Source: Octopus sinensis
Taxonomy: Eukaryota
Reading direction: 5' to 3'
Length of the DNA: 64,000 bases
Assembly: GCF_006345805.1 (NCBI RefSeq)
Contig: NC_043006.1
Coordinates: forward strand, 80,972,001 to 81,036,000
Program-made: the position numbers and the translations under genes
Shown here: in pieces, positions 1-12,349 of the stretch
How positions within the stretch are numbered: position 1 is the stretch's first letter
How the letters are laid out: the number at the start of each line of letters is the position of its first letter
The notes under the pieces: model-generated
The model's input: only the letters and a program-made list of their open reading frames with translations
What the model was told of the DNA's origin: nothing
The model's database searches: none

Positions 1-589
1 TTATTTACTAAAATGACAATTACAAGAATATACATAGATGTATAACATATTATGCTTTATATTTACATTCATGCACACCAACACAGACACCCCTATGAAC
101 TTATCTATATATATATTTTACAAATTCAACGTAAGAGTCTTCAAAACAACGCTAATTTTTTTTATATCTGCGAGCGTCCTTACAGAGAAAAATAGAAGGC
201 AAGATATGACCAAGTTAAGACATGTGTCATATAGAGAATTGACAAGACGATTATGCCATTTTAGTGGTTATTCATTCACATAAAATAAATACGTTTTCAT
301 ATGGAGAAACATAAAGTCACATAATATTTACGAGATTCTTGGATAACAACTAAAAATTTTGTGTTTATATTGTGCGTCAAGAGTAATCTGCAAGGCGGAA
401 CATATAGTTCGTGAAAATAGTATTATGTGTGTAATTAGCAGATATGAATAAAAAGTGAACTGCTATGACGCACATGGGAATAGAACCTACAGTAGAGATA
501 AGCTTGCCAGAAAATTATTACTTTTCTCCTCTTTGCTTGGTACATGATATTCTTTTGATAGGTATATTATAAAAATTTATGAGCATTGG

Positions 590-591
590 TG

Positions 592-651
<60 letters not shown>

Positions 652-700
652 TTATATGTACGTATATATATATATATATACGTATACATATGTATGCATA

Positions 701-731
<31 letters not shown>

Positions 732-807
732 GTATATATTTATATGTACGTATATATATATATATGTACGTATACACATGTATGCATATATATGTATATA
801 TACACAC

Positions 808-839
<32 letters not shown>

Positions 840-877
840 ATATACATACTTATCAAAATATATATATATATATATTC
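590..877. repeat. Compound (TA)n/(TACA) microsatellite
   Basis: Direct sequence; source of the Y/I/M/C-rich pseudo-ORFs at 567-958. Confidence 0.97.
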
Positions 878-885
878 TTCAGTAG

Positions 886-1320
886 AAGAAGACTTTCGAC
901 ACAGCGGAAGTGCGTTTTGCCACCATAGAGGAAGCAATAACGCACTCCACGACACCATTGAGGATGGAAGAATTGTTGCTCCTTCCAGCCTATCTCGGCA
1001 AGCGTGTTGTGAGTGTCAGGAATGGCAGGGTACCCCCTGAGATAGCTGAATGTGGCTCACAGATGCAATATTGACGGATACGAAGGAAAACCCAACAATA
1101 TTGCGTGTTACAAGGACAAAGCAAATGATATCGAAGAAATATGTGAAGAAATCGAGCTGACCGAAGGTATAAAGCTATGATTGGTGGTAGAGGGAAGACC
1201 TCCCACCTGCTATCACAGTAGGACTAGAGAACATATGAAAGCAAATTGTCCCCAAATCAAGAACCAAATGCCTGAGGAGGAAAACCAGGATGAGAAAACA
1301 CAGAAATGACATATACAGAT
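886..1320 (+). mobile_element. Degraded LINE ORF1 (gag-like, L1/Tx1-type) with zinc knuckle
   Basis: Manual translation gives ...[23 protein letters not shown]... and, from 1181, LVVEGRPPTCYHSRTREHMKANCPQ, a CX2CX4HX4C knuckle with the second C changed to S. Frameshifts and stops are present. Confidence 0.7.
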
Positions 1321-1843
1321 GAAGAATACAAGGAAGTTCCAAGCAGAAAGAGGAAGGAAGCAAACCATTCACCTCCTTGAAAGACCCCCCCCCCCAAAAA
1401 AAAAAAAAAAAACAGAAAGCTGATATTAAACAACACACAGAACAAAACACACAGAAAAAGCAGACAGGAAACACACCCATCTCACCAATTTAGACGCCGC
1501 AGAAACAAAATCCATCACCGCAAACAACCCAGCTTTTCCCTATAGGTTTACAGACACACAAACAGACACACTTAAGCAACATACATCTGTTGCCGAGCAT
1601 AGTAATAAGACATATTTGATGATCTACACAAAGAGCTCGGCCATTGAGAAGTTAAATAAAATAAAAATAGTAATAAAAGTGAATATGCCAGAAAAGGATT
1701 TCCTAGAAGACATGAAATGTGCTGTTATTGACACAGAAAACTATAAGCAATTAAAAGAAAACTTTTGGTAAAACATCGACTCATTAGGACAGAAGGTGAG
1801 ATATGACACTCTACCCTCCGGTGATGGAATATGAGGACGTGAT

Positions 1844-2091
1844 GACAGACGAAATCCCTATTTATTTACTACCCACAAGGGGCTAAGCACAGAGGGGACA
1901 AACAAGAACAGACAAACGGATTAAGTTGATTATATCGACCCCAGTGCGTAACTGGTACTTATTTAATCGACCCCGAAAGGATGAAAGGCAAAGTCGACCT
2001 CGGCGGAATTTGAACTCAGAACGTAGCGCCAGACGAAATACCGCTACGCATTTCGCCCGGCGTGCTAACGATTCTGCCAGCTCGCCGCCTT
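1844..2091 (-). mobile_element. tRNA-derived SINE family S1 (tail a), full length
   Basis: Reverse strand reads aaggcggcgagctggcagaa (A-box), gagttcaaattcc (B-box), the core gtcgactttgcctttcatcctttcggggtcgattaaataagtaccag, and a tail ending ccccttgtgggtagtaaataaata. Many copies occur in the window. Confidence 0.92.
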
Positions 2092-2914
2092 CACTTTCAG
2101 TAGTAATGATGTCATGAACACAACATCTATAAAGCGCAATAGTTAGGATAGTAGACATGTTCATATTGAGAATGTTACTCAATCTGATACTTCATTAGGT
2201 AAATAATAAGTGGATATGCGAAAAAAGAGAAAGAAGAATATATCTGGCTGTTCCAGCATCAATTGGGATATACTTCTCCAGAAAATAATGATGCGTACAA
2301 ATCAGAAACTGTAGTGGATCAGTAACGAATAGCTTAATATCCTGAATGCTTTTACGATGTATTGGAATCTTTAAGTCAACAATCACAAAACAGTAATGTG
2401 TATATATATATATAAAGTGTGTGTGCGCGTGTTTGTGTATTTATATATACGTATCGCCAAAATGTTATTCCATAATCTAGATTAGCGACAACTTCGAGAG
2501 CATAAGGTATAGAGTTGAAGAGCTTACGTCACATATTAGCAAAATTACTAATTACGTTTCATGCACCAAAACAGAGGATGTTATATCAACAACGTTGCTC
2601 TTTCGATCTAGAGGACTTGATTGTCTAGAACAGATAATGTTTGACATACTAATCAATAAATCCCATTTGCTATATTAGAATGCTTAAGTAATGGAAGCTC
2701 TCATGAGCTCTATATTTATTTCATTTGTTTATTTATTTCCAGGACATTCAATCAAAGACATTGATGTATATATCTTGAGGTAGTAACGTAATGTCGAGAG
2801 TTTCCCAGGCTATGAAGGATCCAGAACGAATGTCTCATATATTGGGGGCACATCCTTACATCTTAAACCACAATTTTGTCATGCGTTGTAGTTCCAGTTT
2901 TGGATGAGTAGGTG

Positions 2915-3008
2915 GTACTTATTTAATCGACCCCGAAAGGATGAAAGGCAAAGTCGACCTCGGGGGAATTTGAACTCAGAACGTAGCGGCAGACGAAATA
3001 CCGCTACG
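2915..3008 (-). mobile_element. S1 SINE internal fragment
   Basis: Near-identical to the B-box/core of 1844-2091. Confidence 0.85.
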
Positions 3009-3854
3009 GGTTAGTGTTGGGGGGAAATTCGTCTGTGTACTTCGGTTTCCACACATCATGCGAACAATGACACCCACCCCGTGAGACGTTTACCTCCTGC
3101 TATTTCGGTTTCTATTAATTTTCCAGTTTGTTTTCATAATCAAAGAATTTCAAAGGTGTGTTTAAGACGAATCTCAGTTGAAATACAACTGTTTCTGACA
3201 TATATTTAATCAGTCTTTATTAAATATATTTTAATCAAAAATCATTTATACACTTAAATTAAGAAAAGTGCTGCTGCTTTTGGGTGAGTGTCAGTAACAC
3301 AGCGCAAGTGAGATCGGACACCTATACGCATATTGGGAAGAATTTTCATCCTCCAACCGGTAGCAAATAATGCGTAACAGATGTAAAAGACACACACTCG
3401 AGGTCGTACAGACACATGCGCACAAACGCATAGACACAGAAACTCAAATATTAAAATTTTATTTTAAACGCTTTTCCTCCAAACATTCTTGCTCCTTCCC
3501 ATGCACAATGGACGACCTCATTACATATAACATTCATCCACTCATTTCTTAATCATAGGTAATTCAATCTTTATTCATATTTTTCCCATATTTGTTGACC
3601 GACGAAGGTTAAAATGGAACATAAATATTCCCGGTTGGAAGGACTTGCAAAAGTCATACATACATGTGTACATACATACAAGAGTACATATATATTGATA
3701 CATACAAGTAAAACATATATATATAAATCTGTAAATGCATGTATCAATCAATCAAGCAAGCAATCTATCTATATGTATGTGTGTGTGAGTCTGTGGATGT
3801 CTTTGAGTTTGTGCGCATATGTGAGTATATACAAAAGTCTGTGTATGTGTTTAT

Positions 3855-4133
3855 GTGATCACCGTGACCGACCAGACTATCAGATGTTGCTACACATCGC
3901 TGGTCACAATGCGCTATGCATTGTTTTAGTCTTCAAATGGCTAAGCGAGCAGGCCAACAGAAGAAAAAGTGAGAGAAAGTTGTAGCAAAAGAGTACAGCA
4001 GGGATTGCCACCAACTCGTAGAGCTTTAGGCGTTTTCGCTCAATAAACACAAGCAACGCCCGGTCTGGGAATCGAAACCGCGATCCTACAACCGCAAGTC
4101 CGCTACCCTAACCACTGGGCCATTGCGCTTCCA
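3855..4133 (-). mobile_element. tRNA-derived SINE family S2, tail B
   Basis: Head ggaagcgcaatggcccagtggttagg...tttcgattcccagacc; tail ...tgtgaccagcgatgtgtagcaacatctgatag... is shared with 36006-36311. Confidence 0.88.
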
Positions 4134-5275
4134 CATGTGTTTATGTATGTGTGTATATGTATAAATATCTCAATATTTCTTGGAATATGTGTCCAGAACA
4201 CCATTGTTTAGATGCTTGAAATAATGTATGAAAGTGTTAATATGAAGTGTGAAGATCTTTTATTAAAATAGCTTCATGACGAGAATAGGAGTTATGTTTC
4301 GTTCGAGAAAGTATCACATCGATTTTCAACATTTCTTAGCTACTTCAATTACACATACATGCATACACATATACATACATATAACACACACACAAGCACA
4401 CTCACATACACACATATATATATATATATATATATGAAGAGAGGAAGGGAGTTTGTGCGTCAAAGAATGGCTGTGAGATACTAATGTAAAATATATGTGC
4501 GGCGGGATTTCGTTAATCCAATTTATATAGAATCAGTAGCAAAATTTAATATATCCATCGGTTTCAATTTTCTAGAACTATTTTATTTATAAAAATATTT
4601 TAAATGGCAACCTGACTTCAGCAGATTTTAACAGCGATTCACTGTTGCAGGTAAATCGGGTTAGTAATAGGCTGAAACGAGAAAACGCAGGAGTAACGTT
4701 ATTGAACCTAAATCTTTACTAAAAGGTACATTAAAGAAAGGAAAACCAAAGATCTCCAAATTTTATTTATTTATTAACGCATTTTCTGTTGTGTCTGGGG
4801 AGAGTCATTTTCTTTTTGTGCCTTATAATGTGCCTTTAAAAAAAAAAAGAAACAAGTGGAAATTTTACCGGTGAGTGTGCAAAAAGAAAATGACTCTCCC
4901 CAGACACAACAGAATATGCTTCAACACACGAACTCAAATAAAGAATCTTGCAAACCAAATCCAAAAACGAAATATTAACGCATTATTCTCACCAAAATCC
5001 CGCACACGCACACACACACACACTCATTCCATAGTACGATCATGTATGAGCGAAACTGTTGCTTTCGAAGTAGTGTAGCCATCGGCTTCGTCTGCCGGGA
5101 TAAACATTACAAAATGTAAATTTATCGATTTCATATACATACGCGTCAATAAAACCAGGTAATGTGATATATCATGTATCTATGCATACAATTAATGCCG
5201 ATGATTACATTCTTAATTACACTTAAAGCAATTAATATAACTATATCGCAGAATATATGAGGAATAAATATTAAG

Positions 5276-5347
5276 TATATATATATGAAGATCCTTCACG
5301 AGCAACATGTATCTATGTTGCTCGTGAAGGATCTTCATATATATATA
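5276..5347. repeat. Perfect inverted repeat (33-bp arms including TA flanks, 6-nt loop)
   Basis: atatatgaagatccttcacgagcaacat-gtatct-atgttgctcgtgaaggatcttcatatat, embedded in (TA)n. Confidence 0.95.
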
Positions 5348-5357
5348 TATATATATA

Positions 5358-5563
5358 CATTTTCCGTGGCGCATATATTGTCCCCTCCCATGACAGGACG
5401 CCAATCCGTCGCAGGATGACTAATTTTTGTCAGCTGAGTAGACTGGAGTACGTGGAATGAATTGCTTTGTTCAAGAATTCAATGGATCGCTCGATCCAGA
5501 AACCGAAACTAAAATCTTACGATCATGAATCCATCGCCTTAACCACTAAGCCACGCACCTCCA
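5358..5563 (-). mobile_element. SINE family S4, diverged copy
   Basis: Head tggaggtgcgtggcttagtggttaagg; diverged core ttgaacaaagcaattcattccacgtactccagt. Confidence 0.8.
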
Positions 5564-5576
5564 CTACACACACACA

Positions 5577-5618
<42 letters not shown>

Positions 5619-6335
5619 CACACACACACACACACACACATTGTATATATGTATTGTGGCCAACCTGGAGCACATCCCTGTAGGGTCTAGTCGAACAAAT
5701 CGACCCCAATGTTTATATTTTTAGCTCGATCTCTTTTGTTCAACTTGTTAGTTACGTGGGCGCAAACAAACCAACACCGGTTTTCAAGTTGCGATGAAGA
5801 ACAATTACATACATAAAGACTTGTACTCATTCACGCCTGTGTGTAAATAATCATGTTACATACTGTGTTCCTGGCCCGCTGAGTCGGTATGAATAATATG
5901 TTAATAGTATAAATTGCTTTGTAAGCAGAACCAATTATATAATGATATATTGGGTACGCAGATCCATTATTTAGTAAATACCTGAAATACTCATTGACAA
6001 GACTGACAAAAAATTCTTTCATCTTTACAGTTAACATCTTAAATAAGAATCTAAACAGGCATTATTCACGTAGTCACTCGATCTGCTGGGAATACTAACC
6101 AAATCTGCATACCACATTTTATGGTACAAAAAATACGCATTAAATAATTTAGTGTGAAGTACATTTTTCCTGTAACCTCCCCCCCCCCCAAAAAAAAACA
6201 AAAAAATAAAGACAGTGAGATATCCAAGTTGTGTACCTTTTGATCTCAGAACTGCCTAAAAACAGTGCTGACTTGATGCTTTATACAACGACAAAAACAA
6301 GTCATTAGTATTACAATATTTTTAAAAATTTATTT

Positions 6336-6615
6336 ATGCGCCCTTTTCAAGCCTCGACAGGCTCATGGGTCCGGTTTCTGTGGCGTATGTGTTCCCCCCA
6401 GCTGGACGGGATGTAAGTCCGTCGCAGCGTTACTCAAGAAACAGGAAGACAGTGAGAGAAAGTGGGGGCGAAAGAGTAGAACATGGGTCGCCACCACCCC
6501 CTGCCGGAGACTCGTGGAGCTTTAAGTGTTTTCGCTCAATAAACACACACAACGCCCGGTCTGGGAATCGAAACTGCGAGTCCGCTACTCTAACCACTGG
6601 GTCATTGTGCCCCCA
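6336..6615 (-). mobile_element. SINE S2, tail A
   Basis: S2 head plus tail ...gagtaacgctgcgacggac...catgagcctg...aaaagggcgcat. Confidence 0.88.
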
Positions 6616-6624
6616 CAATAATAA

Positions 6625-6873
6625 ATGCGCCCTTTTAAAGCCTAGCCAGGCTCATGGACCCGGTTTCCCGGTTTCAATGGCGTAGGTGTTCCCCAGCTGG
6701 ACGGGATGCCAGTCCATCGCAGCGTTACTCATGTTTGCCAGTTGAATGGACTGGAGCAACATGAAATGAAGTGTTTTGCTCAGGAGCACAACGCGTCGCG
6801 CGGTCCAGAAATCGAAACCACAATCTTACGATCATGATGCTGACACCCTAACCACTAAGCCACGCGCCTCCAC
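6625..6873 (-). mobile_element. SINE S4, tail A
   Basis: Head ggaggcgcgtggcttagtggttaggg, core cctgagcaaaacacttcatttcatgttgctccagtcca, and the same tail A as the adjacent S2 copy. Confidence 0.9.
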
Positions 6874-8674
6874 TTACAATAGTTTTAGTATCAGATTATT
6901 ATACAAAAGGAAAAGCTACTGCGTTTACATATGTACTAGTGTGAAAGCATCGATTATTCCTACTGGAAGGCTAATGTTTTCATGGATTTTGTACTGATTA
7001 GCAAGTACTACCAAGTAAAAGAAATAAACTAAGTCTACGTATATTGTTGCATTTAAAGATTAAAAACTGAATATATTTGTTAGTGAAAATTACTACTTGC
7101 ATATCATTATCTAATTTTATCTCAAATTATAATGAACGAAACTTGCAAACGTTAAGATATTCATGTTTAGGACAGCTGGCGTTGTTAGGCATGTGTTTGC
7201 ATCTATTATAGCCCTATTGTCTTCAGTTTATATCTGGTCGCGAAGGTTACCGTCCAGAAGGTACCATTTTAATTGATTACCTTTTCGAAAGTAGTCTCTC
7301 AAAGCATTCTGACGTCATTCAACGTCTGGAGGCAGTTGATGACGTCAAGAGGTTAAAAGCTCAAAGCCGATTGTATATCACTTGTAATATAGCCAAATTG
7401 ATTGATTTCTTAGAATAGAATAGAAAACGTTCACATATGCATACATGCAGTGAATAACAGACATCCATGCACACACACACACACATACACACATGCATAC
7501 ATAAAAACAGACACATTCGCAGTATGCCACATGAAAATTTAAACACGTATGCATACATTCATACACAACCACAACAAAGTATACATATCATCAATATATA
7601 AATTATCTGCAAACTTTCCAAATAGATAAATAGATTTATGTGGTTGTATAGAGATCGTTAATAAGATAATAGCTCAACATACATAAGGTCTGCGTCCCCT
7701 ATAATGCAATATCGGCTTAATAACGTTCACTTGTAACAGATTGAGCAGTTTAATGATGACCACATGTATGAGGACGGTAATAACGTCATTCAAAATGAGA
7801 TTATAAATTGATTTCTCTCTCACACACACACACGGTCTTAGTTTTCCAATAAAAGCAATAATAACGTATATGGTGTTCGTCTTTTTTCATTAAAGTTGTT
7901 AGTGATGTCATTTTAAGATTAATAATCTTTATTAGTAGAAGTGTCGAATCAAAGAAAACATAGCGAATGTGAGTTCGCTTTCGCTAAATTCCTAGTAATA
8001 AATGTAGCTAAACGACTCAGATGAACAAAAGTTGTCTTCAGGAGCAAACAAGAGTGCTTTCTATATGGTCACTTGATATAGAAATACTAACCAAATATAT
8101 TTTACATCATACTGAGCCCTATATATATAAAAAAAAATGATATTGTGATCCAAGATATCTTGTATCTTAAACAAAAATGAAAGAAAAAAAAAGGAATGCG
8201 GGGATAGTCATAGCTGAAATGCCCATTGAGCATAAGTGTGCTTTGTCAGAGCTCATATGGGGATAAGCAGAAACATGGTTCAGAAAGAAACGTGGGTAAG
8301 AGAGAAGTCAAATCGTCACAACTAACTATAATAGCAAGATTATGAGCAACTATTACGTGCGAGCGTGTATGACTTTGAAACGATGCCTTCACAGATTGCT
8401 TTCAATGTCTATGAGTTACGGAGAGATATAACTGGATCCTAGGCCCACGTTGTCCGTGACCCAGCTGAACATCTCGGTTGTGTCTGATGGAGAAAAATAG
8501 AGTGATGGCGCACCTTACTGCTGGGAAGATTCAAGCAACGTGAAATGTAGTGGTTTGCTCAAAAATATATCACGCAGACTGTTCTGGGAATTGAACCTAC
8601 GACCTTTTGACCATGAGCTGAACATTTTAACAATTAGGGCACGTTCTTCACATAAGCTATGTAATAAAAATAAA

Positions 8675-8898
8675 ATGCGCCCATTTAAAGCCTAGCCAGG
8701 CTCATGGGCCCGGTTTCTATGGCGTATGTGTTCCCCAGCTGGACGGGACGCCAGTCCATCACAGCGTTACTCATTTCTGGCAACTGAGTGGACTGGAGCA
8801 ACGTGAAATGAAGAACACAACGCGTCGCTCGGTCCAGGAATCAATATCTGAATCTTACGATCATGGTGCTGACCTAACCACTAAGCCACGCGCCTCCA
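8675..8898 (-). mobile_element. SINE S4, tail A, with TSD
   Basis: Flanked by cataagctatgta (8651-8663) and cataagttatgta (8901-8913). Confidence 0.9.
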
Positions 8899-9379
8899 CT
8901 CATAAGTTATGTAGGTGAAATGTAATGACGAAGGCCGGGCAACGAAATCAGATCACAGATTTTGTTTACAAAAAATTTATTGATCCGAGTACATTTCTTC
9001 GGCGTATTTTTGTCATCAAAAGCATTTTAATTGGTTAAAGTTCATTATATCCTTGTTCATAGTGGTTTTCAATTAATTAAACTGCTAAATGTTTTTAATT
9101 ATTAATTAATTTTTAATCTGCTCTAGTGTATTTAATTTTCTCTGAATTAAATACAAAAAGAGCCGACTAGTTTTAGCAAAATATTTTGGCAAAACTCATA
9201 CTTTGCATTATAATGAATTTTATGTTTAGATAGTTTTTATCTAACGCTATAAGAGGGAATACGACGCTTCTGGTTATTGTCAAAAAAATGTTTATCTATA
9301 GTTTTCTAGTGGGACCAACGAAAATAAAATGCTCTGTAAATACTCTTGCTTCTACTATAATACATAACATTTATAGTTC

Positions 9380-9690
9380 TCCGTATTATTGTCTAATCAT
9401 GTTAAAGATTCTGCTGTCATCCATCCGCTTCACATGTCGAAGCAATCTTAGTCGCCTTTTGCACAGAATCGTTTTCATGTTCGGATGTGCTGTCTGTTTA
9501 AAAACTTCTGTGTTGCTTAATTTATCTCGCCAGGTGACGCCATGGTTTTGCACAGTCTCCTCAGATGAAAAACATTGAGGTTCTTCACTTCTCCTATGTA
9601 TAGTACCACATAGATGCAAACACTTGGGAAATGTTAGCTGAAGACAGAACAGCGAACAAAGCTGTCAAACAGCTCGCGGTAGAAAACAGC
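9380..9690 (-). mobile_element. RTE-clade LINE ORF2 C-terminal fragment
   Basis: ORF 9386-9619 contains GVTWRDKLSNTEVF...ILCKRRLRLLRHVKRMDDSRI, matching the RTE post-RT motif (W.DK..N.EVL...RRLRW.GHV.RM). Confidence 0.85.
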
Positions 9691-9877
9691 CTGACCCTCG
9701 AAGCAAAACACTAAACCATTAGCTTACTGATTATACTTGTTAGGTCCTAACCTGCCTTTCATATAAATACTAGATATAAGCTATTAGTCTGTGGCTGACC
9801 GATATGGATATAGTTATTCCTCCCTTGCCTTTGTTACATTTGTAACATTGTAAGCCACCGGGAATATTACACGCTTT

Positions 9878-10301
9878 GGATCTTTTAGGTTTGAACGGCA
9901 GTTTTTTCTAGCGGTGTCATATGAAATTGTCGCCCATAATTATGACCCTAGCATCGATCTATTACATTTCAGTCTGTTTTGGGGTTAGGGCTAGTTAGGG
10001 TTAGGGGTGGGGGGGAGGGTATATTTTTTTCTTCACAAATGTAAATAAACCCAATTTGTTTCTTAAACGAGGGACATATTCATACGGCACAGAATGTTTT
10101 CACCCCAACAGACGGTCATTGATTGGTTGAAATTGCAGAAATTGAAGAAAAAAACAACAAATGTCTTCCAAACTATAGTTTTCTCAATAAAGCCATGAAA
10201 AAAAGATGTTTTATAAACACATTCTACCAGTATACGAAGTTTAAAATATTTTAGTTACCTAGAAATTATGTCAGAAACTGCCGTTCAAACCGAAAAGATC
10301 C
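9878..10301. mobile_element. MITE-like non-autonomous DNA transposon with 27-bp TIRs and internal TTAGGG-like repeats
   Basis: TIR ggatctttt(a/c)ggtttgaacggcagttt at both ends. A related fragment lies at ~59001-59229 (shared cacattctaccagtatacgaagttt and aaaagatcc). No clear TSD. Confidence 0.85.
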
Positions 10302-11115
10302 AGTTTTGCCTTAATCACCATCATTTTAATATAATAAGATTCACCTTGCTTGTTACTCCCATAATGATATATTTATAGCCACTTTAATCAAGTGTTTAAT
10401 GTATCCTATTTATAGTCCTTTCACGAAAGTTGACTATTATCTATAATATGAAATAATTATTCGTAGGTTTAATTATAAGATTATAATTCAATTATTTAAA
10501 CTTAACTCATCCAGTAGTGTATCCACCCTAGAGATTATTATAATATATATCTACCCCTTTCCAAGATTGGTATCTTTTATATATGGTTGATATAAAATAT
10601 ATTTATATTTTTTATAATTAGTGGATTTATATTTTTCGTCCCAAAACTTATGTTTATTTTTAGCTAAATTTTTATATACGACTATTGTTAATAACATCAG
10701 CTTTCATTTTTCCCTACTTATAACGTATAACATCAAAAGTCCTTTATTCTTTTATATTTATTCTGTGTAATATAAAAGTCTTTTATTTTTGTTTTTAATT
10801 TTGTAATCCATTTATTTTTAATTTTATTTTTATCAATAACTGTTTTATAATTCATATAATTTTTATAATTTTTATATATTTCTGTCTTTTTACATATTTT
10901 TATATACCTTGTACATTTAAAAAAAATTCAGTCTTTAAATTTTTATATCTGAATACACTTCTTTATCTATTTTCAATAATATTTAATTATTTACCTTATA
11001 TTTAATACTTAATATTCAATATGTCTTATCGTTACCCTCCTGTAATTGGTGCGTGTGTTCAAAAAAACATTTTACTGTTATTTTATTGGTATCTCTATTA
11101 TAAATTCCATATATA

Positions 11116-11510
11116 GGCGCAGGAGTGGCTGTGTGGTAAGTAGCTTGCTTACCAACCACGTGGTGTCGGGTTCATTCCCACTGTGTGTCACCTTGTACTA
11201 TTGCCTCGGGCCGACCAAAGCCTTGTGAGTGGATTTGGTAGACAGAAACTGAAAGAAGCCCGTCGTATATATGTATATATAAATGCATGTATCTATGTGT
11301 GTATATTTGTGTGTTTGTATTTGCCCCCCCCCTCCAACAACAATTGACAACCGATGGTGGTGTGTTTACGTCCCCGTAAATTAGCGGTTCGGTAATAGAC
11401 ACCGATAGAGTAAGTACTAGGCTTACAAAGAATAAGTCCTGGGGTTGATTTGCCCGACTAAAGGCGGTATTCCAGCATGGCCGCAGTTAAATGACTGAAA
11501 CAAGTAAAAG
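11116..11510 (+). mobile_element. tRNA-derived SINE family S3, full length
   Basis: ggcgcaggagtggctgtgtggtaag...gggttcattccc head; central gccttgtgagtggatttggtagac; tail ggcggtattccagcatggccgcagttaaatgactgaaacaagtaaaaga. Confidence 0.92.
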
Positions 11511-11553
11511 AATATATCTTCATCTTTAACCTAAAATTATTTATCTTCTGGAG

Positions 11554-11905
11554 AAGGCAGCGATCTGGCAGAATCGCTAGCACGTCGGGCGAAATGCCTA
11601 GCAGTATTTCGTCTGTCGCTACGTTCTGAGTTCAAATTCCGCCGATGTCGACTTTGCCTTTCATCCTTTCGGGGTCGATTAAATAAATACCAGTTACGCA
11701 CTGGGGTAAATATAATCGACTTAATCCATTTGTCTATCCTTGTTTGTCTCCTCTGTGGGTAGTAAAGAAATAGTTATTTCGTCCGTCTTTACGTTTTGAG
11801 TTCAAATTCCACCGAAGCCGACTTTGCCTTTCATCCTTAGGGGTTGATTAAAGAAGTAAAGGTTACGCCTTGGTGTCGAAGTAATCGACTTCCGCCCCTC
11901 CCTCA
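11554..11905 (+). mobile_element. S1 composite (full S1a unit followed by headless S1b unit)
   Basis: The second unit restarts at tatttcgtc immediately after the tail ...gtagtaaagaaata. Confidence 0.85.
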
Positions 11906-11942
11906 GGCTGCACTTTGAAATTTGAAATCGTTATTTATATAC

Positions 11943-12349
11943 TCTTTTACTCTTTTACTTGTTTTAGTCATTTGACTGCGGCCATGCTGGAGCACCGCCT
12001 TTAATCGAGCAACTCGACCCCAGGACTTATTCTTTGTAAGCCCAGTACTTATTCTATCGGTCTCTTTTTGCCGAACCGCTAGGTGACGGGGACATAAACA
12101 CACCAGCATCGGTTGTCAAGCAATGCTAGGGGGACAAACACAGACACACAAACACACACACATACATATATATATATACATATATACGACGGGCTTCTTT
12201 CAGTTTCCGTCTACCAAATCCACTCACAAGGCTTTGGTCGGCCCGAGGCTATAGTAGAAGACACTTACCCAAGGTGCCACGCAATGGGACTGAACCCAGA
12301 ACCATGTGGTTGGTAAACAAGCTACTTACCACACAGCCACTCTTGCGCC
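11943..12349 (-). mobile_element. SINE S3, full length
   Basis: Reverse complement of the 11116-11510 family. Confidence 0.92.

Noticed and set aside
567-958. Long Y/I/M/C/V/H/T-rich ORFs here and at 14724-15093, 15915-17884, 26422-27029, 35449-36091, 56158-56548 and 57168-57456
   Set aside because: Translations of (TA)n, (TACA)n, (CA)n and (GA)n microsatellites.
4576-4650. 75-bp plus-strand open segment with AG/GT flanks (NYFIYKNILNGNLTSADFNSDSLLQ)
   Set aside because: Isolated, with no partner exons or coding composition; likely a pseudo-exon.
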